DNA of 64,000 nt. Origin: Raillietiella orientalis. Lineage: Eukaryota. The translations under genes and the position numbers were made by a program. Location: positions 62,001 to 126,000 of the forward strand of contig JAYWIR010000022.1 in NCBI GenBank assembly GCA_036172245.1, given 5' to 3'. How positions within the stretch are numbered: the stretch's first letter is position 1; every line of letters starts with the position of its first letter. Below the pieces are notes generated by a model. The model saw nothing but the letters and a program-made list of their open reading frames with translations, was not told the origin of the DNA and made no database searches. Below are positions 35,000 through 49,149 of this stretch, piece by piece.

Positions 35000-37900
35000 G
35001 CGTTAATAACTTTACTTGCATCAGTTAATGACTTCGATCACGGAATACTGTGCAGCGGTAATTAACTGAATTCCGTCTTTTGTTCCATTTCAATATTTCG
35101 GAATTTCGGCAGGAACGAGTGAGAAAACATTCCGGGGGGAGGGGGGCGCAGCAAAGGGACCGGTCGGCTGAAGAGAGAAGACGTGGGTAGGCTGCGCAGC
35201 ACCGGGAAAAGAGAGGGAAGGAGGGAGGGAGGGGGAGACCTTCTTTGGGAGTCTTAACATGGGGCGACACAAATACGAACGTGTGTGCCCTGGTGAATCT
35301 GTCGCGGTCAGGGCGCGTAGGTCAGGTGGCTTCGGAGTCCATCTTCGCGCTGCTTAGGCGTATGACGCCGAAAGTCAGAGAGGCGAGCGAGGCCGGCACA
35401 GCCTCGGAGACGAAGGCTTTCCTTTGATCTCAGGACATGCTGAAGATGCAGGACAGAGATTTGAAAACCGAGCGGATGGCGGTGTGGTTTCAAATCTTTG
35501 CAAGAGCGGCACTTGACCTGCAAGAGAGCCCACAGCACTGCTCCGATGAGTGCCCACCCGGCGAGGTCGGTGGGATGGATCGATTCAAGGGACGGAATGA
35601 AAGACGACGAAAAGGAAATCGCGCATGGTAGCGACGCGCGCGTCCCCGGTGGGAGACCGCGCTGTGCGCGCGCGCTACAGCAATGCACGCTGTTCATTCC
35701 TGGCGACAGCGCGGTGCGCGCTGGAAGGAAGAGGGGAAGGGGGGGGGGGAGCTACGTGTACCGGCACCTTAGTAAAGTTGCGGCTGCCTTGAGACAAGAT
35801 TGCCGCCGTCGCTGAGAGCTCTCCTGCCTGGACCAAGCGCGTTCTCGGGGAATCATGAGCTCAGGGGGAAGGAGTTCCCAGAGGGGGATGCCTCTATCCG
35901 ACGCAAGAGAGGCAGTGGGGGAGACAGGTCTCCAGGCAGAGCAAGGCGCGCTCCTCGGGGGTTGCCAGAGACAGGCGCCGCACCCTTCCGAGAGTCTGGC
36001 AGTCCTCGAGGAGGCACCAGCAAAGGGCTTGAGGTGGGGAGCAGACGACGGGGGTCGCTGTGAAAGAAAGCCCCGTGAGGGAGGATCTCCCGATCCCTGC
36101 TCTGCTCAGCAGTGCTCCCCTGGAGGCACTGGAGGAGAGTTCACGCAAGAGTCAGGACCCTCCTTCCGGCCTCCGCTCTGTTCGGGGAAGGTCGCTCCCT
36201 CCCGCCTTCCTTAAGCTTAAGCCTTTGAGAATGCGGCGTGGCAACCTGGAGGGATGCGGAGCAAAGGCTGGCTTTTCCTGTCGTTTGCCCGGAGGGAGCG
36301 ACGGGATGCCTCCCGCGACAAGACAGCGGCAACTTCCGCTTCGAAAAACCCACTCGCCACGGTTCCGCTCATCCAGTTCTCCTTCCTCGGGCCTTATCCC
36401 CTGCCATCCTCCCCTCCCCCCCCCCCGCTCCTTCTCGGCGACGACGAACTCCTGGTTGCTCGGCGACCGGCCAGCCGTTGCGGCGGGGACGTTTGGTCGA
36501 TCACGCTAATCGCCTCCCCGTGCGGACAGGCAGTGGCGTCTCTGCAGGGAGGCCGCCGCTCCCTTCTGCCCTCTGAGCCCAGACCGTCTCTACCCGTTCC
36601 AGAGGACACAGGGAGGGGAGGCACATCCGGTCCCGCCGCATGGGAAGGGACGCGCGAGGTACTCCCGGCGCGCAGCATCCTGGCCGTCACCCGGGGGAGA
36701 GTCGGGCTGCACGTGTGTCCTGGCACCCTGGGCTCTGCCTCCCATCTCAGCGCGGGCGGGAGGACGCGGACGCTCTGGGACAGACCTCTCGACAAGCGGA
36801 GAAAATGGGAGGTGGACGTCCATCCCTTCCTTCTCTTCCCTACGTGTCTCCTGGCCTCCCCACGAGGAGTCCACCTCGTGGGACGTCGCCGTGAACAGCC
36901 TGAGGAGTTCCCATCCGGGGCTGCTGGAGAGGCCGGTGGCGCTCCCGGGCGCGTCACTGTTCCGGTAATTGTGGCGGGATGGGGAGGAGGAGCCCCGGGC
37001 GAGCTGGGATTTGCGCGCGGGAATCCTTCCTGTCCTGCCCACTTCCCTGAGAGATCTCTGCAGTCTCCTGCCGTTGCGGCGCGCTTCAGAACCCCCCCAT
37101 TTCCGTGGAGTCGGGAAGTCCCTTCAGTGCGGGCGTTCCTCTCCGGTCGGCCATTCCGTCTCACCCGTGGTCCCCCGGGACCGCAGGTGCAGGCAGCCCC
37201 GAGCGGCGATCTCATTTCCAGAAAGAGCACCGGGAGTCTGCACCGCGCTCTCCTCCAAAGGGCAAAACATCTCCGCGGGTTGTCGTCGCGCTTGCGCGCG
37301 CACGCATTCAGAGATTCGCGGTCCACCCCCCTCCCCCCTCGCGGGGAGGATGAGGACGAAGCGGAATAGGACGTGGACCTGCGGGACAGAAAAAGGGAAG
37401 GGACAGCTCCTCCGGACCGCAGTCCGGAGTTTTCCAGGTTCCCAAAAGGAAAGGCAGGCTCATCCTTTCCATCTCCGCGAGGGGCGGTCCAAAAGCATCG
37501 CGAGCATCCCCGGAGGGGGAAGGTGGTTAGGAGTGGTCAGGAAACTAGAGGTTTTGCGGACACCCGACCGGGATGCGGCGGACCGCGTTCGCTTCCCTGA
37601 GGAGGCGAGCGAACTGGAATTCAGCGCGCGACCTCCTGCTTTTCGCGACAGCGGGAACGCGCGAATGAGGGAGCGCGCCTCCAGGAACGGGAACTCTGGG
37701 ACGTCGCTGGGCGGACAGGGAGACGCCTTCGCTCCTCCTTCCGGACGCGGCGGAGGGCATGGCAGGCATCGCGGGCCCAGCGACTACCGGCGGGAGAACC
37801 CCGCCCCTTCTCCCCCCCCCCGTCCCGTGGTGGCGGGAGGCCATAGGGATCGTCGCCCTTCTTTGGGACCGTCGGGAGGGCACGCATCCTCTCCTCCCGG

Positions 37901-40719
37901 CGGGCCGTCCGCGCGCGCGCGCCCTCGAGCGAGCGGAGCTGCTCCCGGACACGTGCCTGCACGTGCTCGAGAACGCCTCATCTCAGGCTCGACGCGCGTG
38001 CGCGCGCGCATCCCGGGCGTGCCGCGTGCGCCAAGGAAATGGGGACCGCTGCAGGCTTCCAGAATGAACGCGCACGCCTGGCAACAAGGCCGTTTGGCTT
38101 TCCCTCACCGTCGTCAGGAGGCCACCGCACGCGCACGGCGCACTCGGAGCGTGGGCGATTTTCGCACTCCCCGGGTGGCGACGGCGCATTCGTAGGTTAT
38201 CGCAGGCGAATTCCCTGGGAGATTTTAGTCAGGGAGGTGGGAGGTGGCAGGGTGGTGGCCGCTTCGTTCCGCCCTGCGGTTCCCGCTCCGCCCTCGATGG
38301 CGCGTGCGGCTCCGAGGTTCCGTTCCCCGGGCTCCTGGGCAACCAGCAGTGAGAAGATGGTGGTCGCCGTCACCATCCAGGTAGCACATTCGAGAGGGAT
38401 CGGGTCTAGCGAACGGCATCTACTGCACTCCCGAACACCCGCTTCGCTATTTCGCGGCGGTGCTTCCCATCCGACGATGAAACGCACAAGAAATGCATCT
38501 GTTCGCCGTGCAAGTGCGGGCTGCTGCTGAGGGTGCCTCCTCTCGGTGACACACACCGGGCAAACAAATCCACTCAGACCACCTCGTAGGCCTACGCACT
38601 TTATAGATCCAGCCAGGTTAAAATTAGGACGCGCAACAATGCTCGCAGCCTGGCAGCCAGGAAGCATTCGACTCCATCTTTGCCTTCTGGCAAACACAGC
38701 TCTTCCAGAGGTTTTTGCAAGAAGCAGGTGGAGCCTGCGAGACGAAATAAACTTCAATTAATCAAACGAAATCAAGTCGCAGCTCTAAGTTAATATTAGG
38801 AAAGAGCGTGGAAGAAGATGAAGAAAAAAAAAAGAAAAAGAAAAAAAGAAAAAGGCCTGAAATGTCTGAGAACGCAAAGTCGAAACGGGGTAAGAGCGAT
38901 TCTCATTTTCCGAATAACGGATTTCATGCTGTTCCTCTTTCAACAAAACGACTAGTCATCTGAATTCATGAAATTCCCTTGGAAAAACACAAATGAAGAA
39001 AGGCAAAAGGAAAAAAGAAAGAAAGAAATGAAACTCACGGCTAAATTAATTTCATAAAAGGAACCAAACGGGAAAACGAGCAAGTATTTTTTTGTGTGTT
39101 TTCTCCCTCCTCTCTCTCTCCTTTCCATTCCTCCCCTCTCCCTTTATTTCTAATCCAGAAGGTGATTACTGTCTTTGTGAGAAGAAATTTGCATGTGCTC
39201 TCTGGAACTTTCGCTAAACTTTTTAATAATACAGGAATTTCAGTTATTAACAGAAAAAAAAAAAAAAAAGGCTTCAGAAGAAACAAAGAGTAGAGAGGAA
39301 ACAGCGAATGTTTCTGGACTGCTAAAGCCGTTAGCTAGTAGCTGATAAATAAAAGTATTTATGATATGCAGTCTCACAGTTAATTACTTCTAAATACTCC
39401 AGAAGGATTTTTTTCTGACGCGGAAGCCAATCCTTATCATTCCGCATCAGCCAGCTTGGTCCGTAATTATGCCTTGTGTCAGTACTTCAAAAGATGATGC
39501 AGCCGGCAAAAGTTTTGAATAAGTCATTTTATGATGTCAGCCACCGCATACTTGTACTTCGTTTTCGGAACAGCATCTGATGGGAACTCTAATCAGCAGC
39601 AGGATTTCGCTGATCTGCATAATGGACCGACCTGATAATAATTAAGTACAATGCTATCTACATTAAACAATCTATAGGCATTATCTACAATTTAATGTGA
39701 CCCCAGAGACTTAGGGGGCACAGCAAAATTCCATTCCTCCTCCCCTCCCCCCTTTCTCCTTTTCTGGGTATTATTTTCTAATTGATTTCTGTCCAGTTGA
39801 GTTGGAAAAATAAATTTGCGATTCGCAATTAAGCGAAATAGCAGAGCGCTGGCAGTAATAAAAATTTACGCAGTCATAATGCTGACAAATTTCCCAGATG
39901 CTGACTGCCGGGAGCATCCCTGCCTGCTCCATAATCATGCTTGTTGTATTTAAATCATGGAAACACACACTTCAGTGGCAGTCGATGCAAACAAAAGAAC
40001 ACAAAGTGTTTCTTCTCGGTTGCTCTTCCCCTTTTTAATTTGGAACGAGCTCTTGACCGTCAGAGAAGTGGAATCACCAGGGTGATCTAATGGGGGAGCA
40101 GCCGGGGATCCCCGCTGCCAGTTTTTTCCCGCTTTCCGGCAACAATGGAGCAGCGGCAGCGATGACTCACGGGGTTTTCGCTCGAGGGCGCTGCCGAGGC
40201 GGTCTGCACGGGCAAAAAAGTTTTGTGCTGTTCCACCCAGCTACTGGAAGATTCTCGGCAGATCGTTATCCGCTCGCAAGTGTTCCGGACGTGCCTAACT
40301 GGATGAGGGAGATGATTTGCCGGGCGTCCTCACCACGTCGAATCAAATCGTCGGAGGAGATCCCGGTTTTCCCATGCGTCCCGGCGGTATCCCTGCCTCT
40401 CCGTCCGGAGGAGACGCAGCGTTTCTCCCTCCGCGCGCGGAACGGGAGACGCTCTTCCTCTCTCTATTGATTCCCGCGGAGCGAATCGTAGAAGGTTTCT
40501 ATCGATAAGCGTTTACTGCGCATTTACGGTGCCATCATGCTTGTTTATGACCGGCTGGCGTTCACGTGGTCAGTGCTTTGGGGTAGCGGGAGGGGGAAGG
40601 GGACCGAGTGTGCCTTCCCAGATCCGAAAAAAAGCCCCGTCTCGCGCCCCTCGGGAACGTTCCCTCCCCCCCTCCCCTGCTACTTTCGTCTCCCTTCGGA
40701 ACTGCGGATAGCCCGCGTC

Positions 40720-40752
<33 letters not shown>
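40720..40752. repeat. (ACG)11 microsatellite
   Basis: Direct reading. Confidence 0.95.
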
Positions 40753-40753
<1 letters not shown>

Positions 40754-41351
40754 ATGCGCATGCCCGGGCGACCGGAGGGCGGCGTTTCGCGTGCGCCGTC
40801 GTCACGTGCGAGGAGCGCGCGAAGCATCCCCTCCCCCTACCGCACCCCGAGAAAAGAAAGAAAAAAAATAGGGACTCCTAATAGCAGCGTGGAGCTTTTT
40901 TCCGTCGTTGCCTCTCTCCTGACGGGAACTGCCGGGAGGAGCGGCGACCGACGTTTCGATTAATTCGAAGGGGAAGAGGAAGACGCTCTTTCCTCGACTT
41001 CTGGATCCGAGGAAAGCCGCAGAATCCGGAACATTCCCATCCCATCATTTCGGAGGAGGGAAAAAAAAGAAAAAAGGCTGATCGATGGCTCCCCCATTTT
41101 TCCCTCCTCCGCTCCTCCTGCCCGCTCTGCCCGGCCCTCGCTCCCCTCCTGCACGTTCCATCGGGCCAGGGGAGGGAGGGAAGGAGGGATTCGGATGGCC
41201 CCGCGGATGCTGGATCGTCTTGTGCCGGCCAGCCGCCTGGAGCGAGTCGGGAGGAGGAGCGACGAAAGCGGAAGACGCGTCCGCCGCGAGCCCCGCCGGC
41301 CGGCCAATCAGTGGATGATCGAAGCGGGGCGCCGCCGCGGAGCAGGAGGAC

Positions 41352-41365
41352 GGTGCCATGGCAAC
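41352..41365. promoter_or_regulatory. RFX X-box-like GGTGCCATGGCAAC
   Basis: One mismatch to the palindromic consensus. Confidence 0.45.
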
Positions 41366-41997
41366 ATGAAAAATTCACCGGGGATCCCTGGACCCGGGAG
41401 AGAAATATGACGGGGACGCCGCCGGCTCGCGTGCCGCATCCCTTATTAAGAGTTCATCGAATTTCGGGAGAGACCGGGAATCCCCGATTTCCTCCGGGTC
41501 TCCGGGCGACTTCACACGAGAAGACGATATTTTACGCCCTCCTACATAATTAAAATCTTTCATCTTCCTGCTCCATCAGCATCCGGGGCAGAAGCGGGAA
41601 GGAACAAAGGAGGGGGAGGAGGAGGAGGAGGAAGGCGCGAGGTTCCTCCTTTCATTCGTTCCTTCTCGCCAGGGGCGAGAGTGAGAGATCCCGGCGCGCC
41701 CTTGGGGGAACCTTCCGGTCGGATCTTCGCTGCCGCTCCAGCCGCCAGCGTCCCTCGGAAGGGGTGTGGGGTGGAGGTGGGGGTAAGGCGCTCTCGACCC
41801 CCCTCCCATCCTCCTCCCGAGACCCATAGCACAAAGGAAAAACACAGACACACGGACACAAAGGCGCCTCTTTCCCTCGCCCCCTTCCCTACCCCTGTCG
41901 CACAAGAGCCAGGAAGGTGCCGCGGAGCGGACCCTCTCTCTGCTTTCGTCCAGGGAAGACGGTGAGCAGGGGGTGCCGAGGGAGGCGCGAGATTCAC

Positions 41998-42572
41998 CGT
42001 CCGCCTAACGCCGCAGGGGGCCACCAATCGGCCTCTCCGCCGGCAGCCTCGGGCGGCCTGCCGGGAAGCAGCGCGCAGGTCATCAGGCCGCCAAACAGGA
42101 AGGCCAGGAGGAAGGGCAGCAGCAGCTGTGCCCGGGCTCCTCGGGGACAGTGGCCCTCCGGGCTGGAGTCCGCGTCCTTCTCTCGAGGCCCGGATCCGGT
42201 CCTCCAGCACAGGTCGGGGAGGATGTGGCACACCTTCGGGTTGCGGGACACCGAGACCTCCTTCTTGACCGACCTGCAGACGACGCCGCCGGCGCCGACC
42301 CGCGTCCTCCGGCGCACGCGCTCCGTGCGCCGCGCCACGGAAGATCCAGGGGAGGGGCAAACTCTGGGGCAAGGGGCTTCGGTCTCCAAGCAGGGACCGC
42401 CCCCCTCCTCGCGTGCGCGCTGGCGGCGGCGGTGCCGGCGGCGCCCGTCCTCGTCCTCTTCGCCGTCCACGTCTGAAGGCGACGCCGACGACGCTGACGT
42501 CTCCCACGGCTCCCGGCGGGCTGCGGAAAGGCCGCTGTCCCCTCGTAGGCTGCGCCAGCTGAACGCTTCCAT
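41998..42572 (-). CDS. Candidate first coding exon of an unidentified type II membrane protein
   Basis: MEAFSWRSLRGDSG...DVDGEEDEDGRRRHRRR...VCHILPDLCWRT...LLLPFLLAFLFGGLMTCALL (hydrophobic segment). Ends at donor CG|GTGAAT. X-box-like GTCGCCGTGGAAAC at 42622-42635 just upstream. The GC-rich context makes a chance ORF possible. Confidence 0.4.
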
Positions 42573-45500
42573 CTCGAGCAGGCAGACTCCGGACAAGGGC
42601 GGGAACAAAGGGCTGGCCACTGTCGCCGTGGAAACCAACGCCTGGCGGACGGCAGCGACCAATGTCGCACCCTGCCCTCCTCTGTGCCGGTGCCTCTGAG
42701 ACACCGTCCGGCGGCCGTTCGCGTGGTAACGCCATCGGCAGGGCGGTGTAGCCACGTAAGCGGCCGCATCGGGTCGGGTTGCGACCGAGCACTGCCGCCA
42801 GACGACTCATTACCTCCCTGCGTCCTCCCTCGGAGACCACAGAGCGGGGAAGTCGACCTTGGGGGAGCGTACGGAAGCCCTCGCCGGAATCGCTCCTGCG
42901 ACCTGCGATTTAGGGAACAAGACGGGATGACCCACCGCCTCTGCTGGGGCTCATCCTGCCTTTGAGAGTCCCTTGATGGGTCTCTGCTGCCAGTGCGTCG
43001 AATCGGTCGACTGAGACCCCCCACTACCCATACGGACAAGCGTGCAGTTGATCTCTCCCCCCCCTACGGAAACTCCTTCCCACGGGTTAAACACTTCCGC
43101 GGGATCGGGGGCGTTCTTACCGGCGCCTCCGCGTCGTGCTTCGTGGAGCGAAGCCGCGGCGCGTCGCGGACGCGAAGAGCCGAACCGTCCGCAGGTCCAG
43201 TCTCCACCTCTCACAAGGTCCCTGAGATCCCTGAGGACTAGGGAGACCGCTGTCCAGTGCTGTGCACGGCTTCCTCCTCGGAGAGTCGGGAGACGGAGAG
43301 GGCCTTCGCCCTTCCGGGCAGAGGAGCGGGAAAGAGAGGTTCCGAAATCCGAGTGATGCTGCAGGAGAGAGGCGGAAGACGCAGACAACCTTCAGGTGCA
43401 GGTGGAGGGGCTCCGAAGCCACAGGTGTTCCGGAATTTCTGCAAAGACTGCGAGGCGGAAGGATCGGCCGACTACGAGGAGTGCAGAAAAGGCCCCTCAA
43501 GGCGTCATCTGGCTCTCTGCAGCGCTTCTGTTTCTGCTTTGCTTTGTTTTTGTTGGTAAATGGGGAGGAAGGAGTTGTACGGCACCCCACCAGAGGCAGA
43601 CCTTTCGTCTTGTGCCAGGAAAAAGCGCAGCACACACGGGAGGGATGGCTGCTGCCAACACACGGACCGCCCCCTCCAATGAAGGAAGAGGAAGCAGCTG
43701 GTGAACATCTCGAGATGTTTGCGGCAGAAGGGATCCACGTGACTCAGCGAGTGTCCTCCCGCCTCAGAGAGCCCTTGAATAGGCAGAGCTGCGCATTCGG
43801 ATGAAGAGCTCGATCAGCAGTCACTTCTTCAGCCCTTTCCCCTCTCCCTTTTGATCTCGAGGGTTGACCCTTCGGAAAGTAGGAAACCTTGCAAAGGAAA
43901 CTCCAGCTTCCTGCTGACTGGGTGCTGGGCACAGGGGAAGGCGACATTTCTCGAGGTGGATGCATGGCGTTCAGGGAGGAGGGGGGGAGCAACCAGCCGT
44001 CGAGAGCGCGCGCTCGGGAGAGAGACGAGAAAGGGGGGAATCTAAGCGAAGGTGTGCAGCAGCAGGGACAGCGCGCACAAAACGAGAAGCAAGGAGGAGG
44101 GAGAGGGGGCGCATCACAGCATGCATGAGTGCAGCCTTACACGGGCAAAACTCGCTAGCCCTTGGTTGCATAGAAAAATGCGCGTCCACCCCTGTTCGGA
44201 ACCTACCGAGGACTGGGCGAGCTCAGCAGGCGTCGGGTGGTGGTGGAGTCCCCTTCCAGCCTGAGTCATGAGGACCTGGTGAGGTCCGCGGACGTATCCG
44301 AAACCGACATCCCCGAGTCTTTCCCATCCCCGTGAGCGGATGGAATCCAGCATGAGATGAGACTTCGCGGACTCTTTGAATCGGCGTTCGAGATGCACTC
44401 ACTCATCCTCTCCCACGAAAAGTGCTGCTGCGCTCCTTCCTGTGACCGGCAACGATTTTGTTTCTCCGTTTCTTTTTTTCCCCTCTCTCTCTCTCTCCTT
44501 TTCCTTCCTTCCTTCCTTTCTTTTTGTTTCTCCTCTTTCCTCCGTGAGAAAACACACACACACACACACATACACACACACTTCACTAGGAACGGCGGTC
44601 TTCACGGCAAGTGAACAACCGGCACTCGCACTCAGAAGCTGGTTTTTGCCGACGCTGGCACACCACGCACGTAACGATGCTTACGCAACAAAGGCTTGCC
44701 CCTATGAGACGCTATAAATAACTAAGACGACATTTTGTTTCAGGGGGTGTCTAGCATAAAACATGGAAACAATTCGAGGCTCTCGGCATGAGCAAAAGGT
44801 TAAGTAGAGAATAAATCCTCCATAAAATCGTCCTGCAAATGGCGCGTGTGTAGCGACGGAAAAATCAAGGCATTTAACGCAACTGCAAATTGAACGAATC
44901 ACGAAATGAAGTCGTACCTATCGCTATTCAAAATGGAAAGTGCATCGTTCATCCTTGACGATTCCCTCGTTTCGCATGAAGGTATGCTTTTTCATCTACT
45001 TGACTTCTGGGTTAATGTGAAGTAGAATTAAATCTACAATCAATTTCCTCCAATCCTCTGATTTTCTTCTTCAGAGATTTAAGTTCTTTTCCCCCTCCAG
45101 GTAATTTGCTAGCTCAAGGAATTTACTGGCTCTCCTATCTTTCATTCGCGTGACATATTTTCGTTAGCCTTTCAAAAATCGTACGCTAAAATCTGTTTCC
45201 CCGAAGAAGTCTTTATCGGTGTCTCTGATGGCTAATTATATTCGCATATCAGAAGAAGGAAGGGGAGGGGGAGAGGGAAAAATTGCAATTTTTCGCTGTT
45301 TCTAATTGAAATAAACAACCGTGTGGGTGCGCGGGAGTAGTCTATCGATCTCTTCCTTCTTTCGTTACGTTCCTCAACACCCCGTACTCTCTCCCTCCCC
45401 AACAAAGCGCACTAAATTTCCCCGCCACCGTTAATTAAAAGCAAAAGCATCGCTTAGGACTCTTTCACGAGAGGCGGAATGACTCGGTGATGATCAGGAA

Positions 45501-48500
45501 GATGGGGAAGGGAAGGGAGGGCTGATGGGAGGAGAGGTGAGCATGCCGTAGAGGCCGAACGCCTCTGCGCCGCGTGCCTCTCCTCTTCTCGGGTTTCGCG
45601 CGTCAGGCGGGTGCCTTCGCCCGGTGCCCTCCGGGATCACTGTGCTCCCGCGCGCTGCTGCCGGCCGGCCGCGCCCCTAGGAGGAAGCTGCAAGGCTATA
45701 TGGCCTGCAACTGTAGGTGGAAGAGGGCCGGAATGGTCAGTCGGTGTGAGCCGCGTGCACCGCCGACTGCCGGTGGGGCACGAGGCACCTTACCTTTTCA
45801 CTCCTGGGACATCGTACCAAAGAGAGATGTCCAGAGGGCTATGAGGAGGCAGGTGGCTAGGAGATAAATTCTTCCTCGTCTTCCTTCTTTTATCCTCACC
45901 GCCTTCCCTCCCAGCTTCCTCTTGCCTCGATCCTCTCTCCTGTGAGCTAGGAGGAGGCAGAAGAGGTCGCTGATCTTCTGGGGGGACGCGCTGTCTGGAC
46001 GCATCATTCCGTGACGTATCGATCGGAGCCCGCCAGGTGCGCGCCGTTCGCAGGTTTCCGAGGCAATTTCCTCCTCCCCCCCACGCGCGCGCGTTGACAG
46101 GAGGACGGCGGAAGGGGAGGCACCGGCGTTACCGAGCGGGGACATTCCAGAAGACTCCCTAGTAAGGGAGGCCAGTGGGGTCTCCGCCGACATACCCCCT
46201 CCCTTTCTGCAAATTGACTGTAGGACAGCTCACGGAACTTTCCGCAGGTGAATCCGGAGCGTCCCCCTTCCCACGTATGCGGAAGCTCGAAGGTGGAGTT
46301 CCAGGTTCTCCCTGAAACGCTCGCGGCAAGAGCTGAAACGGAAGGCTTTGCTATCAACCCATCCTTCCCACCCTCCGCTTCCGGCAACAGCTGGCGCAGG
46401 CCCCATTCGGTGCACGCGGCCCCCGTTCCTTTGGCAGGGGGAATCTTCTTGCTGTTTCTCCCTTTTCCGCATCTCAGCCTGCTCTGAGCGCCGATCGCCT
46501 GGTCCACCTCCGACAGGAGGATGATCCCTCCCCCCTCCGGGAATGACACGGCAGACGACGCCGTCCGATAATCCATATAATTGCAAACACACCGCAGTAT
46601 TCAATCACAAGGAATCAAAGAAACGTTGACTAGCATCCGGCCAGGTGACTCGGCGATTCTCTCCTGCTTCTCCCTCCTCCTCGTCCTCTTCCTTTTTGGG
46701 AGTGAATGGGTTGGGTTGTTGTTGTCGTTTTTTTTTTCCCGGGGTTTTTTTTTGGGGGGTGAGGGGAAGGGGGGTGGAGAAGATGTTTTGTCCTGTGTAT
46801 GTGTGTGTTTTTGTGTGTATATATACGTGTGTGTGTGTGTATTGGTATGTTTTTTTTTTTTTTTGTCGTCTGAAAGGTGGAACCAATCTTCTCGCCTCGT
46901 CGCCCTCTCTTCTGCCAGGAACCACACAACTCTGCTACTCAGTGCATCGGTAGCAGCAGCTCCGGGGACTTCCCGCGGCATCCGTGCGTCTTCCTACTGT
47001 CTTTCGCGTCAAAGCTGATTATAAAACGGCATCCATCTTGGCTCCTGGAAGAACACATCCAAGATATGTGAAATGAGCTGGGCGGCGGCTGCGCGGAGGG
47101 CAAAGAGAGTGGGGGTAAAGTCAAGAGCAGAGGAGGGAGAGAATTAAGAAAACTTCTGGATGCTAGGTGTACTGGGAAGAACGACCATTATCTTCCTCTC
47201 TGGAGTCGTGCAACAGTCGATATCCTCTAGCGGTGCCACGGAAGCGTTCCGGCGTCATGCGAGGAAGAAGTACGCAGGAGGAAAGTAGATGGGGTGGGTT
47301 CCGCCGCCGCCTGCCTCTGATGTTGCTGTTGCTGCTCCTGGCTTCCCGAGTCACACCGCGAGAGTAGCTTCCAAGGATTCAAGATGGTTCCGTGGAAAGC
47401 CGATGCCTGCGCCGAGGATTGCGCAGAGCAGCCGCACCACGCTCTGAGCGGCACCACTCAGGGCATGGTGCATCTGCTGCTGTTCCTTCACCAGTGCCAC
47501 CCTCTTTATTCCATAGAAGCTCCCTCAAGAGTCGATCCGCCGTAGAAGCAGACCTGCTTCCCAGACGCCCTGCCGGGAGGAAGAAATGGACGCAGCTCTC
47601 GGCCGATTGGTCTCCCGGAACCGGAAAACCTCCGCATTGAGTGGATGCCCTCTCGAGGGCCTGTTCTCTGTCCAGAGGTGCTCAGAGTGTTCCTTCCTCC
47701 TCCTCGAGGGTCGATGACGAGCGTGCGCTTGCTGCCCATTCCTTCCCGCAGGAGGGGAAAAAGACCATCCCACCTTCCGGGAATAAACCTGCGGTTCCGG
47801 ACCGGATGCCCGTCAACTGCCTGTGGGACAAGGAAGGGTGGTGGGAACCAGTCATTTAGGAGGCAGCCAGACCGGCAACTCGGCGGACACCTCGCCGCAT
47901 CGAGCGAGCTGTAGGCCCCCTGCGGGTTGTCGGAGCGAATTGTAGGTCCCCAATCGTCGACTGTTCATTTCTCTCTTCGCAAAAAAGCGAAAGAGCAAAG
48001 CTGTCGGCCGGCCGTTGCCGACAGTGAAGGAACGGGGAGGGGGGGGGACACCGTCTGCAAAAACGTGCGTGGCGCCGTATCGGCAGTGGCACCCCAGAGC
48101 CGTGCGAACCGAGTCGGCCGACTTCATAAGGTCTCGCTGCTCCGCGCGGGAAAGCTACTGTGCGCTGCATCCGTGTTTTCGCATTTCCGCGCACACTTGA
48201 GCAAGCAGAAAGGAACATGTGGAATCATCTGATATCGTTTGCGATGGTAATTAATTCATAATGAGACTTTATTGTTTCACCAGCAGTGAATAATTACGCT
48301 ACGTTTTGTCTACCAATCAAAGAGTACGACAAAACATTGATTCCACCATTATATAGCGATTAATCTTTATTTCATCTCCGGCGCATTTTTTCGTCTCGTT
48401 TTATGATCATGGCTCTCGAAAGAAAAGGGAGAAAGGAGGAAACACAGAAGACGGGGCTGATTCCTGAGAACATTTCAAAACGGTTTCTACTTTTTTGTGT

Positions 48501-49149
48501 GCTTCCCTGACTCAGCGCCGTGGGTTTCTGAGATCAATATGTGATTTGTACATTTATCCGCCAAGAGTATGCTCTAGAAAAAGAATTCGGCTTAGCATTA
48601 ATCATGCGAAGCAGAGAACTTCTTTGCAGGGATTTCCACAGAACGTTTTTCATTCATCAGAGAGAGAGAGAGAGGCTGAGGGAGGAGGAAGGGGGAGAGG
48701 AACACCTCCATGAGCACAGAATCCGTTCGATTCAGGTTTTGTGATTGAAAATGGGAAAAGCAAAGAAAATGCATGAAGAATTAGCCAAATATTTTCTTTT
48801 TGTACTCACTTCGACTTCAGTTCACTCCGTGTTTAGGAGGGTATTGGTCACCTCCGAGATGGACAACAGAGGATTGCGTTCATGTTTGTCAATGAATAAC
48901 CTGTGTTGTGTTGTTCGAACCTGTGCAGAAAATGTTTCATAAAACCTTGCAATGGCATGGTTTAAAAATCAGAGCAAAAAAAAAAAAAAAATCAAGACTT
49001 TTCCTATCGCGCTCACATCTTGCCGGCTTTACACAGCAAAGTCGGCGTGTCGAACATCATCAAATGTCATCAATAAGTTTCATCATTCGCATATGTCCGC
49101 TCACTCATGTGTCTTTATAAGAGGGAACCCACACGCATGGCTTGCGATC

